From assembly GCA_051294375.1 (NCBI GenBank), contig CM119264.1:9484764-9548763 (forward strand): a stretch of DNA of 64,000 nt, read 5' to 3'. Each line of letters begins with the position of its first letter. Position 1 is the first letter of the stretch. This document shows, piece by piece, positions 1 through 14,500 of the stretch. Both the position numbers and the translations under genes were made by a program. The notes beneath the pieces were generated by a model. The model had not been told where the DNA came from and made no database searches. It saw nothing but the letters and a program-made list of their open reading frames with translations. The stretch comes from Paraspadella gotoi. Taxonomy: Eukaryota > Animalia > Chaetognatha.

Positions 1-230
1 GAAACACGAGGAAGTGAAGGAACTGGTGAGAAGATGATATAAATAGGAAACTTAATACGCACGATATCAATGATTAATCGAATAAAGAAAAAATAAACTT
101 TGTTTTCCCTTTTTGGGACGTTTTTCTTAATTTTATTTCTACTAGTCAATAAAACGAAACGACAATCTATCTAAAAATCATCCTCATAGATTACTTAACA
201 GAAATAAATAACTTTCGCTTTCGCCCCCAG

Positions 231-3200
231 GTGGACAAAACGGGAAACCCAGTCAACGCCTTGCTCATCCATGTCAAAAAGGGCGGGAACCTCGCCTCCT
301 TCCGAGAAATGCTGGAGAGTCTGGAGGACGCGGAGCGATGTCGTCGAGCGCCGGCGCTGGAGTACCCCCTGCCGCCGACGAGCCGTTTCAAGATGGCGAC
401 GCAGGTCAACTTTGAGACGGTCAAGTCAGATTTGGAGAAGATTCACAGGGATTTGGAGAAGTGCGATCAAAAGGCGGGAAAGGTCAGTGGAGAGTAGAGG
501 AAGTGAATGAATGAAGAAATCGAGGAATTAATGAATTATTGAACCAAGGATTGAATTAATGTAGGAATGATTAAATGAATGAATGAATGAATGAATGAAT
601 GAATGAATGAATGAATGAATGAATGAATGAATGAATGAATGAATGAATGAATCAATGAACGAATGATCGCTTGGAATTAATATTCGAATTATAACGCAGG
701 TTCTAGCCTCCGCCGATGATGTCAACCGGGAGCCCTTCAACGAAATCATGTCTAACTTCATCAGAGATTCTTACCAACGCATCGCCTGCCAAAGAAGCCT
801 CCTCGAAAATAGCCTAAATGCCTACAAGGTTCCGTTTATTGTGAATCGGACAAAGATAAAAAAATATTTATATTTAGTAAAAAATGATGCGCTATGTGGA
901 TTGTGGAACTATGCAATATTATGCTTACCGTGCCTTACAATCTACTAATAACACAGTGCATTCTACTCTTTATTCTTTTAATCATTCGGAAAGAAGCTCA
1001 GCTTTTATTTAAAACAGATATTTGACAATATCGTAAGGGATGATTGTTTGTAAAATTGGGTGGGAAAAATCGGGATTGCTTGATTGAAAATGAAAATGAC
1101 AACTCAAGTTCAACACTACAATATGTAAATGAGATTGAGAAATTCAATCTCATTAAGATCATATTAAATAATCATAATAATACAATATTTATGATATTAT
1201 ATATATATTTTTTTATAGGATCTTTGCGAATATCTTTGCTACAAACCGGTGATGCCTTCAGAATCAAACGACGGGACTAACAACAGCCTTTCCAAAATTC
1301 TTCCTCCACCAAAGGACCTTTTTGCTTTATGGGTAAGAATGATGATAGTGAGGCGACTTACCTCCGGTCTCTCTCTCTAAACCCTTCTACAATAGTAGCT
1401 TTTCAGCTTTCCTCGTAAACATTCCAGTAGAAAATAGCATTTATATAATGAAAACAAATTATTTACCGATTCGAAAACCCTCGTCACAAAGAATTAAGTC
1501 GTTGATTTAATTTCATTAATTTTATAATAACTACTTAAAAAGTTAGTAACAAAGACAAACGAGATTCTACGTTTCTGCAACGTATTTCAAATATTCAAAT
1601 ATTCAAATAAACGTGCGATATATACGTAGTACTTGAAGAAGATATACGAGGTACGAGGTTGAAATGTATGTAGTAGATAATAATGATTTCGACGTCGATT
1701 AATAAGAAAGAAAAAAATGAGGTTGTAAGTTCTTGACTTGAGATTGTTTTTACACGCCGCCGACGACGACGACGACGACGAAAACGACGACGAAAACGAC
1801 GACTCCGGCTTCACTTTGTAACTTAGGTCATCTTGATGGTTGCGGTCAATTCTCGTCACCAATTAAACAAATCGAAAGTCCCGTTCGTAAATCCTAAGGT
1901 AGAGCAAACTTCGTCAATGGGGTGGGTCAGAAGTTTGATTTGGGAACCTTCCAAATGAAACTTCATACATTTCTGAGAAAACTTTCAATGGAGCAAAATT
2001 TTCTAAAATGGCAAGAAGCATTAGTAATTAATTTTTTAATATTTATTTATAGATAGGAAATGTCAAAATTTTTTGGGGAATTTTTTATTTTTAAAAGCAG
2101 ATTCAAATAGCTTATAAAAATTATCTTACACAAAGTATGATTCTTTTTTCAATATTTTGATGATAAGTGGGTTTAAATGAGAAAAACCTTAAAAAAATCA
2201 TCATCATCATTCATCAATCGATGATTTTAAGCAGTTTTTACTAATTTTTTAGTAATAAAACATCAAAATTTTAAAAAGTTTTAATTATATTTTTTGCTTA
2301 ACTTTTTAAGCTCTATCAGAATCAATTAAAAAAACTTAAAATATACCAAAAAAATTTTTGACATTATATAGCAATATAATAATATTAATTAGCGAATTAC
2401 TCATGGTTCGGAACATTTTTGCAAAAAAATATTTTAACACAATAATTAATACCAATAATGGATTAGTTTAATGCTGTTCCCATTAAAATTTGAATTTGGT
2501 CGGCTACCGCTACCTAAGGCTTCGATCACTCCGGCCCCACAAATTTTGGCGCAGCCCATCCACGCGCCCACGCCCATCACTGTCCCCCATAAGAACCCAA
2601 ATAGCCAAAATTTGAGGCAGAATTCGCGTTGCGTTCCACCGCTGCAGCTCGCCTTCATGATCTTCTTGAATGACGGCCTGTTGAGGGTGGGGTTTTCAGA
2701 GGGAACGTGGGAGGGGTCAGTCTGTAAAGTCTCTAAAGTAAGTAAATATGTAAATAAGTAAGTAAGTAATAAGTAAGTAGATAAGTAAATAAGCTCTGTC
2801 TTCAATAGGGTCAGGATTTATCAAGCTTGATGCAACTGAAACCGGTCGCGGGATGACGAAAAGCAATGGGAGTTTTTTTTATGATTTGACAGTGAAAGAA
2901 GGTTATTTCCTAAAATTCGCGTAAATGCTTAAAAAATTTATACATTAATTATACGTTCGAAAAAGTTTAAACCAATTCATCAAATTGTCAGACAAGAATT
3001 ATTAATCGATAAAAAAATTCAACCGGTTTTGATTTAAAACCATAAATATTTTTAATTACAGGTATGACGAAAAGCGAAGATCTGTCTGTGACTAAAGACT
3101 AAAAAGCCACATGAGACAAGACTTTTTCTTGAAATTTTTCTCCTTCTTTTTTTTATTTCGTTCTTTCACTTTTTCTTTTACCTACTACTTTACTAAAATT

Positions 3201-5269
3201 TTAAGTGTTGCGCTAATTCAACTGTTAAGCATTACGTGTTTACGCATTAAAAACCTAGAGTTAGCCAGATTTACTATCTTGTGGGTTAAAAACTCATTAA
3301 ATCCAAATCCAAAAGTGTATGGTGGACTAAAAATCCACCAACCGTTCATCAGCAGCCATTGGTGCTGGAGGCAAGTCATTTGCCTCCCAACCCAAAGGTC
3401 CGGGGTTCTAGCCCGGTGGTCGTCTGGCAGTTAAGAGGGACGGGGCGCTTAACCCGCCTGTAACATGGTGTTACAGCCTGATCCGAAGCTCAGGGACTGC
3501 TTATATTGAACGGTTCTGTCACTAACACATAACAATAATTACTGTCTCTTCAAGTGAAATCATAAATCAGTCGCCATCCCCACCTACCGTCGAACGAGTC
3601 CGTCGTCCCCCTCTCTCACGCCGACGCCACCGGCGACCTCTGCCCATTTTCTCTCCGCGTAGAAAATGGCGAGAAGAAACGGGAAGACGCAAAAGACGCA
3701 GAAGGGGACGCCGACGACGACGCCGACGACTACGCCGACGGGGACCGCGAGGAGGCAGGCGAAACGGAAGCAGAAAGACGTCGAATTGGTTGTGGAGTTG
3801 AGAAGAGTTGGATTGAAGTTAATCGAAGCAAAAACGGTCGTTGGAGCGTCGCGGGATGGAGAGACGAAGGTCGCTGGAGCGACGAAGCTAACTCCGCGGT
3901 CGTTGGAGTTGGTCGTTGGAGCGTCGCGGGACGAAGAGACGAAGGTGGCTGGAGTGACGAAGCTAACTTGAAAAGACTTTGTTCTAGTCTCCTCGGAAGA
4001 TGACGAGAGAGACGATATCCTACGCGCTGACCGTCCGTGAAGGTCGAACCAAAGGAGAAGAGCGACTGCTGCAAGGAGAAGGACTATCACGAACTGAGTC
4101 CAGCAAATCCAAGTCCCTCGTTTTTCTTTTTGGCGCCTTTTCTTTTTCGCCCTCGAGAGCAGAGGTTTTCGAGATTCGTCAAGGTCGTCGTCAAATTTGT
4201 CGGGCACGGGACTGACCCAAGCCATCGCAGCCATCCCTTTGTTTTTTTTTTCCACTTTTTTTTTCCACTTTGTTTTTCCGAAATTCGGCTTTGTTCGTTG
4301 TCCGCTTCGTCGAAAGTTTGATGAGAATCTCGTCGATGTTGGAAAGAGAGAAAGAATTCCTTTCTCTCCTTTTGGATGAGTCAATAAATTTTAACCTTTC
4401 GCTCTTTCGACTCCAATTATCTTGCGATGGCAATAAAATTTACCGGATTTTCTGGATGCGATTTTTTTTTTACGCCGATTAAAACTTTTACGCTTACCCT
4501 TTGCTTAGTTTGCATTTTAAATGGTAAAGAAAGGGAGGCATTGCAGCGCCAATAGAATTATTACTTTTTAGTACAATAATTCATCATAATTGCGTTACAA
4601 AAACTGATTTATTTAACATTTGAGATAGTTTTTTATATCACATATACATACATTGTCTTTGCTGAAATAGATTATTCCAATAATTAGATTATATGATAAC
4701 GAAAATGAAAGACAATTGATATTAATAAATATCGATGTTATAAATATTAAAATCCTGTTTCTACGTATTTGGCTGATGATTTTCACAATAAAAAAAATAT
4801 ATGTCTGCCTAACGTTCTCTAACGTAAATGTCAAAACTGATTAATTTTGTCAATTATTTTAAACGTCATTTGATATTACAGGTTTTAAGAACTTTCGGAT
4901 GCTCCTAAACGAAAATTATCTGTTAATGTTGCTAAATTTTGCGTTAATTTCTTTTTTTTTTTTGAAAATTGCGTAACAACTTTTGTATTAGTTTTTATAT
5001 TCGTTTTATTTTCTTTGTATTTTTCCTTATATGACATTTTATTTTTTTATTATTTGAATTATTTTTTATTATTTTAAATTGTATTATTCAATTAGTTTAT
5101 CTTATTTTTTCAGATCGACTTTTTGGAAGATTTTCAAGTCGTTTGGGACTGCAGCACCGATGACGGGAAAAAGAAGAAAAGTCCGAAGAAAATGAAAAAA
5201 GGAGCGAATCTTCATCCGAATCCGAAGAAAGGATGGCAGACGGGGGACAACAATTCCAACAGCTTATGA
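231..5269 (+). CDS. capu: Formin, FMN/Cappuccino-like; C-terminal part of FH2 domain (last 4 coding exons, 5' part lies outside the window)
   Basis: Exons 231-482, 700-828, 1219-1332 and 5114-5269 have AG/GT boundaries and join in phase 0. The product reads ...EYPLPPTSRFKMATQVNFETVKSDLEKIHRDLEKCDQKAGK|VLASADDVNREPFNEIMSNFI...|DLCEYLCYKP...PKDLFALW|IDFLEDFQVVW...stop. This matches the FMN1/FMN2/Capu FH2 end pattern (PLP.P....A.Q..F....DL..L..DL..C; PF...M..F; P..FF..W..F..DF...W). Confidence 0.85.
574..665. repeat. (GAAT)n microsatellite
   Basis: About 20 tandem GAAT units in the formin intron. Confidence 0.95.
1856..2721 (-). CDS. Candidate downstream exons (2721-2514, 1893-1856) of a nested antisense membrane-protein gene
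   Basis: GC-rich block with acceptor TTTACAG| and donor TTAG|GTAGCG encoding TDPSHVPSENPT...FCLKFWLFGFLWGTVMGVGAWMGCAKICGAGVIEAL (hydrophobic). Its phase-1 end joins the acceptor CTACCTTAG| at 1893 to give GFTNGTFDLFNW-stop. Confidence 0.35.
3355..3535 (+). mobile_element. tRNA-derived SINE-like element or tRNA pseudogene (Gly-like head)
   Basis: GCCATTGGTGCTGGAGG (A-box-like), then GCCTCCCAA (anticodon-loop-like), then CCGGGGTTCTAGCCCGG (T-arm with B-box-like GTTCTAGCC). The stems are too imperfect for a functional tRNA. The 3' end is approximate. Confidence 0.45.
3584..4234 (-). CDS. Hypothetical two-TM membrane protein (~216 aa) nested antisense in the formin intron
   Basis: ATG at 4234 (MAAMAWVSPV...), GC-rich with coding-like third positions. 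Basic cluster, then TM1 (WICWTQFVIVLLLAAVALLLWF), a Ser/Thr-rich loop with a 25-aa duplication and two NST sequons, then TM2 ([35 protein letters not shown]). Confidence 0.6.
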   Translation of the reverse strand: MAAMAWVSPVPDKFDDDLDESRKPLLSRAKKKRRQKEKRGTWICWTQFVIVLLLAAVALLLWFDLHGRSARRISSLSSSSEETRTKSFQVSFVTPATFVSSSRDAPTTNSNDRGVSFVAPATFVSPSRDAPTTVFASINFNPTLLNSTTNSTSFCFRFACLLAVPVGVVVGVVVGVPFCVFCVFPFLLAIFYAERKWAEVAGGVGVREGDDGLVRR

Positions 5270-6142
5270 GACTCATTCATTCATTGCAAGATATCATCTT
5301 CCAATAGATAAAAGCTTCAAACTGAAACAGAGGCTCTTCGAATATATTAAATACTCAACGATGGCAACTATCCATCCATAGACAAATTATTTTTAGTAAT
5401 TGACGCTGATGTGTTTGAGAACTTTTATGACGGGTATTAGATTAGTAGTCATTCTGCTCCTTCAAAAGTCCTAATCAATGAGATAAAAACATTGTTACAG
5501 TTTTTCTTACGATCCAAATAATCGATACGCCACGATAAATAAATCAAAATATAGGCGAATAAAAATTAGACCTTAAATCTACTCGAATTGTTTTTACATT
5601 AGAACAAATCTTTCCAAATGACTTATCAGTGATTACACGACTTAATTAGATTATCACTGTTTGATCTCTAAATTGTGGACAACGTATTGTCAGCCAAGAT
5701 CCATGAATGAAGATCTGTGATCGAATGAACTCTCTAACTTACTGCAATAAATGTTTAGGTAACGAGTTATTGTTTTAATTTCAATCTATGTTAAACTTAG
5801 AGCAATACAAACAAAGTCCCCACTTATACATACTTCTTTGTATAGTAAGTAGCAATTTACGACAAAAAAAGAACAAATAAAATAACAGAAAATAAAGAAG
5901 AGCATCGTCCTGTTAAAGTTTACTGAAACAAAAGGTCATCGCTTGACAAAGGAGAAGCTCATCCGCGATCCGTTGACCGAATCGGGCGAAGGTGATCGTC
6001 AAGTGGGTCGATCGCACCTTCGAAGGCGTCATCCCTCGTTCGAGCGAAATGCCACGACGACAATGAACCTCCCCTTCACATTTTAAACCAACTAATTGTA
6101 ATGATGCGTTATTTGCTCGGATCTCTTTGCATTCTCTCTCTC

Positions 6143-6156
6143 TCTCTCTCTTCTCT

Positions 6157-6223
<67 letters not shown>

Positions 6224-6593
6224 TCTTCCCTTTCGACGTAACCAGGCAGGCACCTTCTCGCGCCCCAATTTATCCGTGACCCCACCCCTGCCTCCGCCCC
6301 GATCTCCGCCCCCCTCTCGCGCCCCCCTGCGGGATTGCCGCGCCGACGGGGGTTGAAGAGATTGGGGGCATCGCCCCAACGCAGCCGGCGTGGGTCAACG
6401 GCCTGAGAGGGTGGGGCGGGAGTGAAAAAAAAATAAAATAAAAAGGTAAGCGAGAAATCAAGATATAAATAAAGAATAAGATAGAAGGAAGAAATAAAAA
6501 GGAAAAACAAGAGAGAGAGAAAAAAGGAAACTAAAGTGAAGGGAAAAAAAGGCAAAAAGAAGGAAAGAAAGAACGAAAGAAAGAAAGAAAGAT

Positions 6594-6676
<83 letters not shown>

Positions 6677-6857
6677 AGCAGTGAAGGTCAGGCCCCTCAA
6701 TAGCCGCAGGGTCGTGCATGGGAGAGCCACATGTTCTTAAATTTAAACCGAGGTCATCGTATTTTGGGAAAAGAAAGAAAAAATAGTGAGAATGATAATG
6801 TAAAGAAGAGAGGCAGAATGAGAGGGATGAGGAATGAGGATGTTTATAATGAGAGTA

Positions 6858-6927
<70 letters not shown>
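6143..6927. repeat. Cluster of microsatellites: (CT)n ~6143-6219, (GAAA)n ~6575-6675, (GAT)n ~6857-6927
   Basis: Direct inspection. The poly-H/D/M/I ORFs in the track are translations of these repeats. Confidence 0.95.
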
Positions 6928-6929
<2 letters not shown>

Positions 6930-7131
6930 GTTTTTTTTTCCCTTTTCCTCAATTCGTGCCAACGTCGATGCATAGGAGAAATTCACACTTTGGGTAGAAA
7001 TCGGAAAAATGTAGACGAAAAGGTTTCCTTCGTTAATCTTTCATTTCTATCCCTCTATCTTTCCCCTAGATTTAATCAAAAAAAATATTTTGTCATATTG
7101 AAGATTTTTATTCATTTTATTTTTCTTATTT

Positions 7132-7226
<95 letters not shown>

Positions 7227-7331
7227 CAGCAGCGAAGGGTTCTGCCGCGGCGGACCTCGAGTCGTGTCAGGCAAAAAGCACCAGCAGGCGAGGCAGAAAC
7301 CGCGTCAGCCGCGATTTTGTACCCTTGGTAG

Positions 7332-7482
7332 ATGAAGGGTTCATTGGCATGCAGCAGCGAACACGCTGACACTGCAGGAGCCGTAGCAGTAGCGGTAGAG
7401 CGGGATGCAGCAGCGAAAGCGGCAACAGAAGGAGGAGGAATGACTGACCGAATTATCCCGACCCCGTACAAGCTTCAGTCTG
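7332..7482 (+). CDS. Candidate alternative first coding exon of the nuclear receptor
   Basis: GC-rich island with in-frame ATGs at 7332 and 7440 (MTDRIIPTPYKLQS). It ends in donor TCTG|GTAAAG in phase 1, compatible with the receptor exon at 16053. Confidence 0.4.
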
Positions 7483-9313
7483 GTAAAGAGTTTTTTTTTT
7501 TCTTTTTTTACCCAAGTTCCAAATTAAGTTTTTCTAATTGAAAACGTTTTTAAAATAAATATTTAGTAAATAATAATTATAAATATTTTAAAGTATATTA
7601 AAATAAAATATGTATATTGTTACACCAATTTAATAAAATTTCATTATACAAATTACCAGGTAAAAGATAACAAATTTTAAAATATATTTATAAAAATGTT
7701 TAACAAATTAATTTTAATATTATTTAGTATAATTAAAATAATACTATATTTGAATACAATTTTATATAAAAATGTTAGTTAATATTATAATATAATATGT
7801 ATAATATAATCTTAAATTTTATTTAAAAAAAATTAATTATTTTTTAAAACTTTAAAATTAATTAAAAAAATTTTTTTAAAAGGTACAAAACTGATTTAAT
7901 TAATATTCATAATAAAAATCTAAGGTTTAGGTTTGATTAAATACATTTATATATAGTATAGATTTTTTATAGTTTTTTATAAAACTTTTACTATTAAAAA
8001 TTTTTTTAAGCAAAATTATATATTCTTTTAAGCTATCTCACTTTTGTAGATTAATTTTTTAATCCTTTTACATAATAATAATGATGCGAGACCCTGTTAT
8101 CTTTTTATCTAAACTTTTTACAATATAATTTAATAATTCTTAATTAATAAAGTAAGATAATAATATTTTTATCAACTATCAATTATTTAAAAATGTTACT
8201 ACTCTTTAAATCATATTATTTTGGCACTAATGAAGGCTTGAATTTGAGCCAAAACATGTTCGTCTATCACTAAATAAATTATTGTTGCAAAAATATTCAA
8301 ACTGTTCATTAAAATCATATTATTAAAAATATATAATGAATATAGTATGAAATTGGTACAACCAATATAAAAAATTATCTATTCATTTAATAAAATAAGC
8401 TATCTTGCCCCTGACTTTAGACAGGCTTTGGTAGTTTAAAGCCTCCATCGCTCTTATAAGATAATGACATAGCAGATTCCTGCAAGCTTTCAATCAAGAC
8501 TCTCACACAGTCTTGTTAATTAACTCACAGTGTACCTGGCTTTCCTATATATATCAATATATTATCAATATACTTTTAAAAATATTTTTTATAAATATTT
8601 AAAGATTATCAAATATATTTAGTGATTGTCTTACTACAGACTGCTTTAGAAATCCTGTGTTGGTTCGCGGCATCCTCAAGGCTGAGATATGGAGGAAGAG
8701 GAGGAGGAACAGGAAGAGGAAGATGACGAGGACGAAGAGGAGGGGGAGGAAGAGGAGCAGGCGAAGGAAGGAATACAGCGATCTCCACCTTACAATTTTT
8801 CATCTTTTTTTACTTTTTTTTCTATAGTTTTAATCTTCGTTCGGCCCGTCGCCATAAAATGAATGCTCGCATTTGCCCTGTCAATCGTCGAATAAATAAT
8901 ATATAAATTTTGTACGTCATGTAAATTTTAATATATAAGAATTAGTGTTCGTAATTTAATGAAAAAAAATAAAATAAAACCCTGCCTTGGAATAAAAAAA
9001 ACTATTTTTTTTTCTTCTCCAGAGGGGAGGGTTGAAAGTTAAGCCGATTTGGACGAAAGAAAAAAAAAAAAGGAAAGAAAAAAGAAAAGAAAAAAAAAGG
9101 CTTTTGTTCCGCGGCTCTCTTTTTGTGGTTCTCGCCATGGGCCCTCGGTCGTGAGTGAAGAGGTTTTTAAATTCTTCCTGTTCGAAAACCATTGAAGACA
9201 GAAAAGAAAAAACCTTTCCTGTCGTCGTCGTCGTCGTCCTCGTCGTCGTCGCCTTGGACCTTTAAAGTTCAAGGTTTAAATGGGAACGAGGCTTGGTAGA
9301 GCCAAACCCTCGC

Positions 9314-9391
9314 TTGCGAAATAAGTGGAAGAAAGATGAAGTAAGAAAAAAAATCCGACTCTTTTCATTTTTTTTTTTTTTTTGAGAGAGA

Positions 9392-9434
<43 letters not shown>

Positions 9435-9551
9435 CAGAGAAGAGAGAGAGAGAGAGAGAGAAGAGAGGAGAGCGTTTTCAAAAAAAAAAAAAAAAAAATG
9501 AAAAGAGTCGGATTTTTTTCTTACTTCATCTTTCTTCACTTATCTTTCGCA
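9314..9551. repeat. Short inverted repeat (~70 bp arms) around a (GA)n spacer; probable assembly artefact
   Basis: 9314-9384 is the near reverse complement of 9479-9551 and ends at a 25-N gap. Confidence 0.85.
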
Positions 9552-9576
9552 NNNNNNNNNNNNNNNNNNNNNNNNN

Positions 9577-11456
<1,880 letters not shown>

Positions 11457-12228
11457 TTTTCAAAATATATAGCTAAGGAAAACTATTGCAAAAAATCACT
11501 GCGATTTTTCTCACACAAATTTTTTTAAAAATATTTCTTTTTATTTTTTAAAAATATTTTTTAAATATTTTTTGATAATAATAAAATTAAAATATATAAA
11601 AAAATCCTCTTTTCGAGTTAATTTTTCGCTATAACTTTACAAAAAAACGATTGACGTAAATTTGCTTCGGAAAATTGATTATTTCTTTTTTTTTCATGTC
11701 CTTCCATAAAATAATAAGATGAATAAGAATTCATCTGACTCATAAAATTAATTCCGCTTTTCCTTTCAGGTCGAGAACAACTTTTCTCCTTTTCCTCGAT
11801 TTCTTCTTTCGATTTTCTTCTCATTATTTCGTTGATTATCATTTATGTATCATTGCAAGAATTTCGTTTGTCTTCCCTTTTCCATCTTCATTTCTGTCTA
11901 ACTTTCTAAACTCTGTTTCAACCCTTGTCTTCCCTAACCCTCCCTCCTTTCTGGCTTACTTCTCTCCATTCTACACATTCATACTTCTTTCAAAATTCCA
12001 TTTGAACTTTCCCTTTATTTCCTCCCATTTATGCTTTTTATTCACTTCATTTCTACCCAAGTTCCCCCTCCTAAGTTCGCAACCTTATTCTCTTCCCGGG
12101 TTTGCTTCTTCTTGATTTGCGTCGATGCGAATTTGTGCGCAGTTTTTTTTTCTTTTTTTCTTTTTTTTTTGCGTCGGTACGGAAATCGCGCTCACGTGCA
12201 TTGACGATGCGGGGAGGAGAGAGAGAGA

Positions 12229-12273
<45 letters not shown>

Positions 12274-12285
12274 AGAGAGAGAGGA

Positions 12286-12341
<56 letters not shown>

Positions 12342-12939
12342 AAGCTTTGGGACGGTCGACGTGCGTAAAAACAACAACAAGGACAACAACGACGAGAGCG
12401 CTCGAAGGAAAGGTGCTGCCAAAAGCGCAATCGTTTTGTTCCCAGAAAATTGAGTTCATTGCGAGTCAGTACGGAGTCGCGTACATATCTTTAAACGACA
12501 TTTTGCGATTTAAACGGAACGACGAGGATTTTGGTTTTTCAAAAATTACGAGACGATTAATGCAACATGAAAAATAAAAAAAATAAAAAAAAATAAAAGA
12601 CTTTTTTTAGTCACCGAGAAATATCGTAAAAAAAACTAATTACATTTTCTAAAATTGAATAGAAAGAACTAATTTAAACCGATTTGCTTAGATATAAAAG
12701 ACAACAATAGATTGTAAGACAACCAACAATAATCATCATCCCTAAGAGCTCAAATGAAAATCTCATCTTCTCCGAACAAACAAGAGATATCACACTGATC
12801 ACAGTCCAGAAACTCCTAGCATCTTCTCTCACCTTCTTGTTTTTTTTTCTCAAACATCACAGTTTACTTTTATTACTCCTAAGCTTCCCCCCTGCTCGCG
12901 ACAAATTTTGGTGACCTCACCCAATTTTGGTGAAACATA

Positions 12940-13066
<127 letters not shown>

Positions 13067-13274
13067 ACACCAACCCTTCTGGCGTTTTCCGCGACCTCCC
13101 CTACTTTTAGATCTTCTTTCTCCTCGAAAATCGTCGAAATTTTTTTTTCTAAAAATACGTTTTTCTTCTTCTCTATTCTTTTATTTTTCTTTTCCTCTCT
13201 TTTTGTACTCAATTGAGTGAATCTTCGACCGAGGTCATTTTGAGGAATAATACAAAAAGACAAAACTAGGAAAG

Positions 13275-13344
<70 letters not shown>

Positions 13345-13789
13345 TCGTTCAAGGTCGCAAGAAAACCGAGGTGCCGGTCTAACTTGAGCTTCGTTAACGG
13401 TGACAACAACAACGACGATGACGACATATTTATAAGTAACTCTTGTCTTTACGTTCTGTTACTTTCTCAATATAGATTTTTCCCATGACCCAATAAAAAA
13501 GTAATAAAACAAAGAATTCTAAAAATAAAAAAAAGTATGAAATTGAAAAAAAACTGAAACCAAATAAAGGAGAGAGAACAAAACAATTTTCTTCGATTGA
13601 CTTTCTCCCTTAACATTCCGTCGCTTTCATCGTCGTCATCGTTATCATCGTCGTCGTCGTCGTTACGAAAAAGCGGAAGCGATGAAATTTCTGCCATCGA
13701 ATCTAAAAAGAAAAGTCGTCGTTGAGATTCTTACAATGAAAAAAAAAGCCGACGGCGAAAACGAAAAACGATTTTTCTTTTTATCAATT

Positions 13790-13876
<87 letters not shown>

Positions 13877-14156
13877 TCTCCTTCTCGGCGTCGACGTCCA
13901 TATTTTATGAGTTTCCGAGTCTCATTGTAACTCAGTGTAACTCGTGATAACCCGGTGGGAGACAAAAGACTCCTTTTCTATTTCTTTCTTTTCTCTCTCT
14001 CTCTTTCCTGTTTTCTCTTTTTCTTCTTTTTTCTTTTTTTTTTTCATTTCTCCTCGACCGAAAGTCGGTGAAACGGTTTCTCTTTCTTTAATTTCCTCTC
14101 ACGCAAAAAAGTCGCAACCGTCGTGAATCTGAAAGTCTTTCCTCGCGTTGAGGGAT

Positions 14157-14250
14157 TCCATTTCGGGGCCTGTCCATTTTAGGCCTTCCATTTCGGGGCC
14201 TGTCCATTTGAGGCCCTCCATTTCGGGTCCAGTCCATTCGATTCGGGGCC
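14157..14250. repeat. Minisatellite, 30-bp unit (15-bp subunits), ~3 copies
   Basis: TCCATTTCGGGGCCTGTCCATTTTAGGCCT / TCCATTTCGGGGCCTGTCCATTTGAGGCCC / TCCATTTCGGGTCCAGTCCATTCG... Confidence 0.85.
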
Positions 14251-14439
14251 TTCGAATTTTGTCGTCGAAGATCGTCAATATCGTTTGCAATAAATCTATT
14301 TCTTTTACCTAATTCTAAATGCATTTTCCTAAGTTGATTTTTATGATTCATAATAATTAATAATTTTTACCATTCTTCCCCGATATGCCCCGTTTCTTCC
14401 CCGTTGTCAGAGCGTCCAGTCGTCCATGAGCGACATGGT

Positions 14440-14500
14440 CCCAACGTCACGTGATCAGCGACGCCCGACGTCATCGCCGAGTCGCGTCAGTCACGTGGAC
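14440..14500 (+). promoter_or_regulatory. CpG-rich putative regulatory island with paired CACGTG E-boxes upstream of the nuclear receptor
   Basis: CACGTG at 14448-14453 and 14492-14497 with GACGTCA between them, about 1.1 kb upstream of the ATG at 15631. Confidence 0.3.

Noticed and set aside
12445-12510. IEFIASQYGVAYISLNDILR resembles adenylate kinase I...YG...IS.GD.LR
   Set aside because: No P-loop upstream, no continuing similarity or exon structure, and it sits downstream of a GA repeat. Probably chance.
14157-14250. CRISPR-like short repeats
   Set aside because: The units are contiguous with no unique spacers, and the context is eukaryotic. It is a minisatellite.
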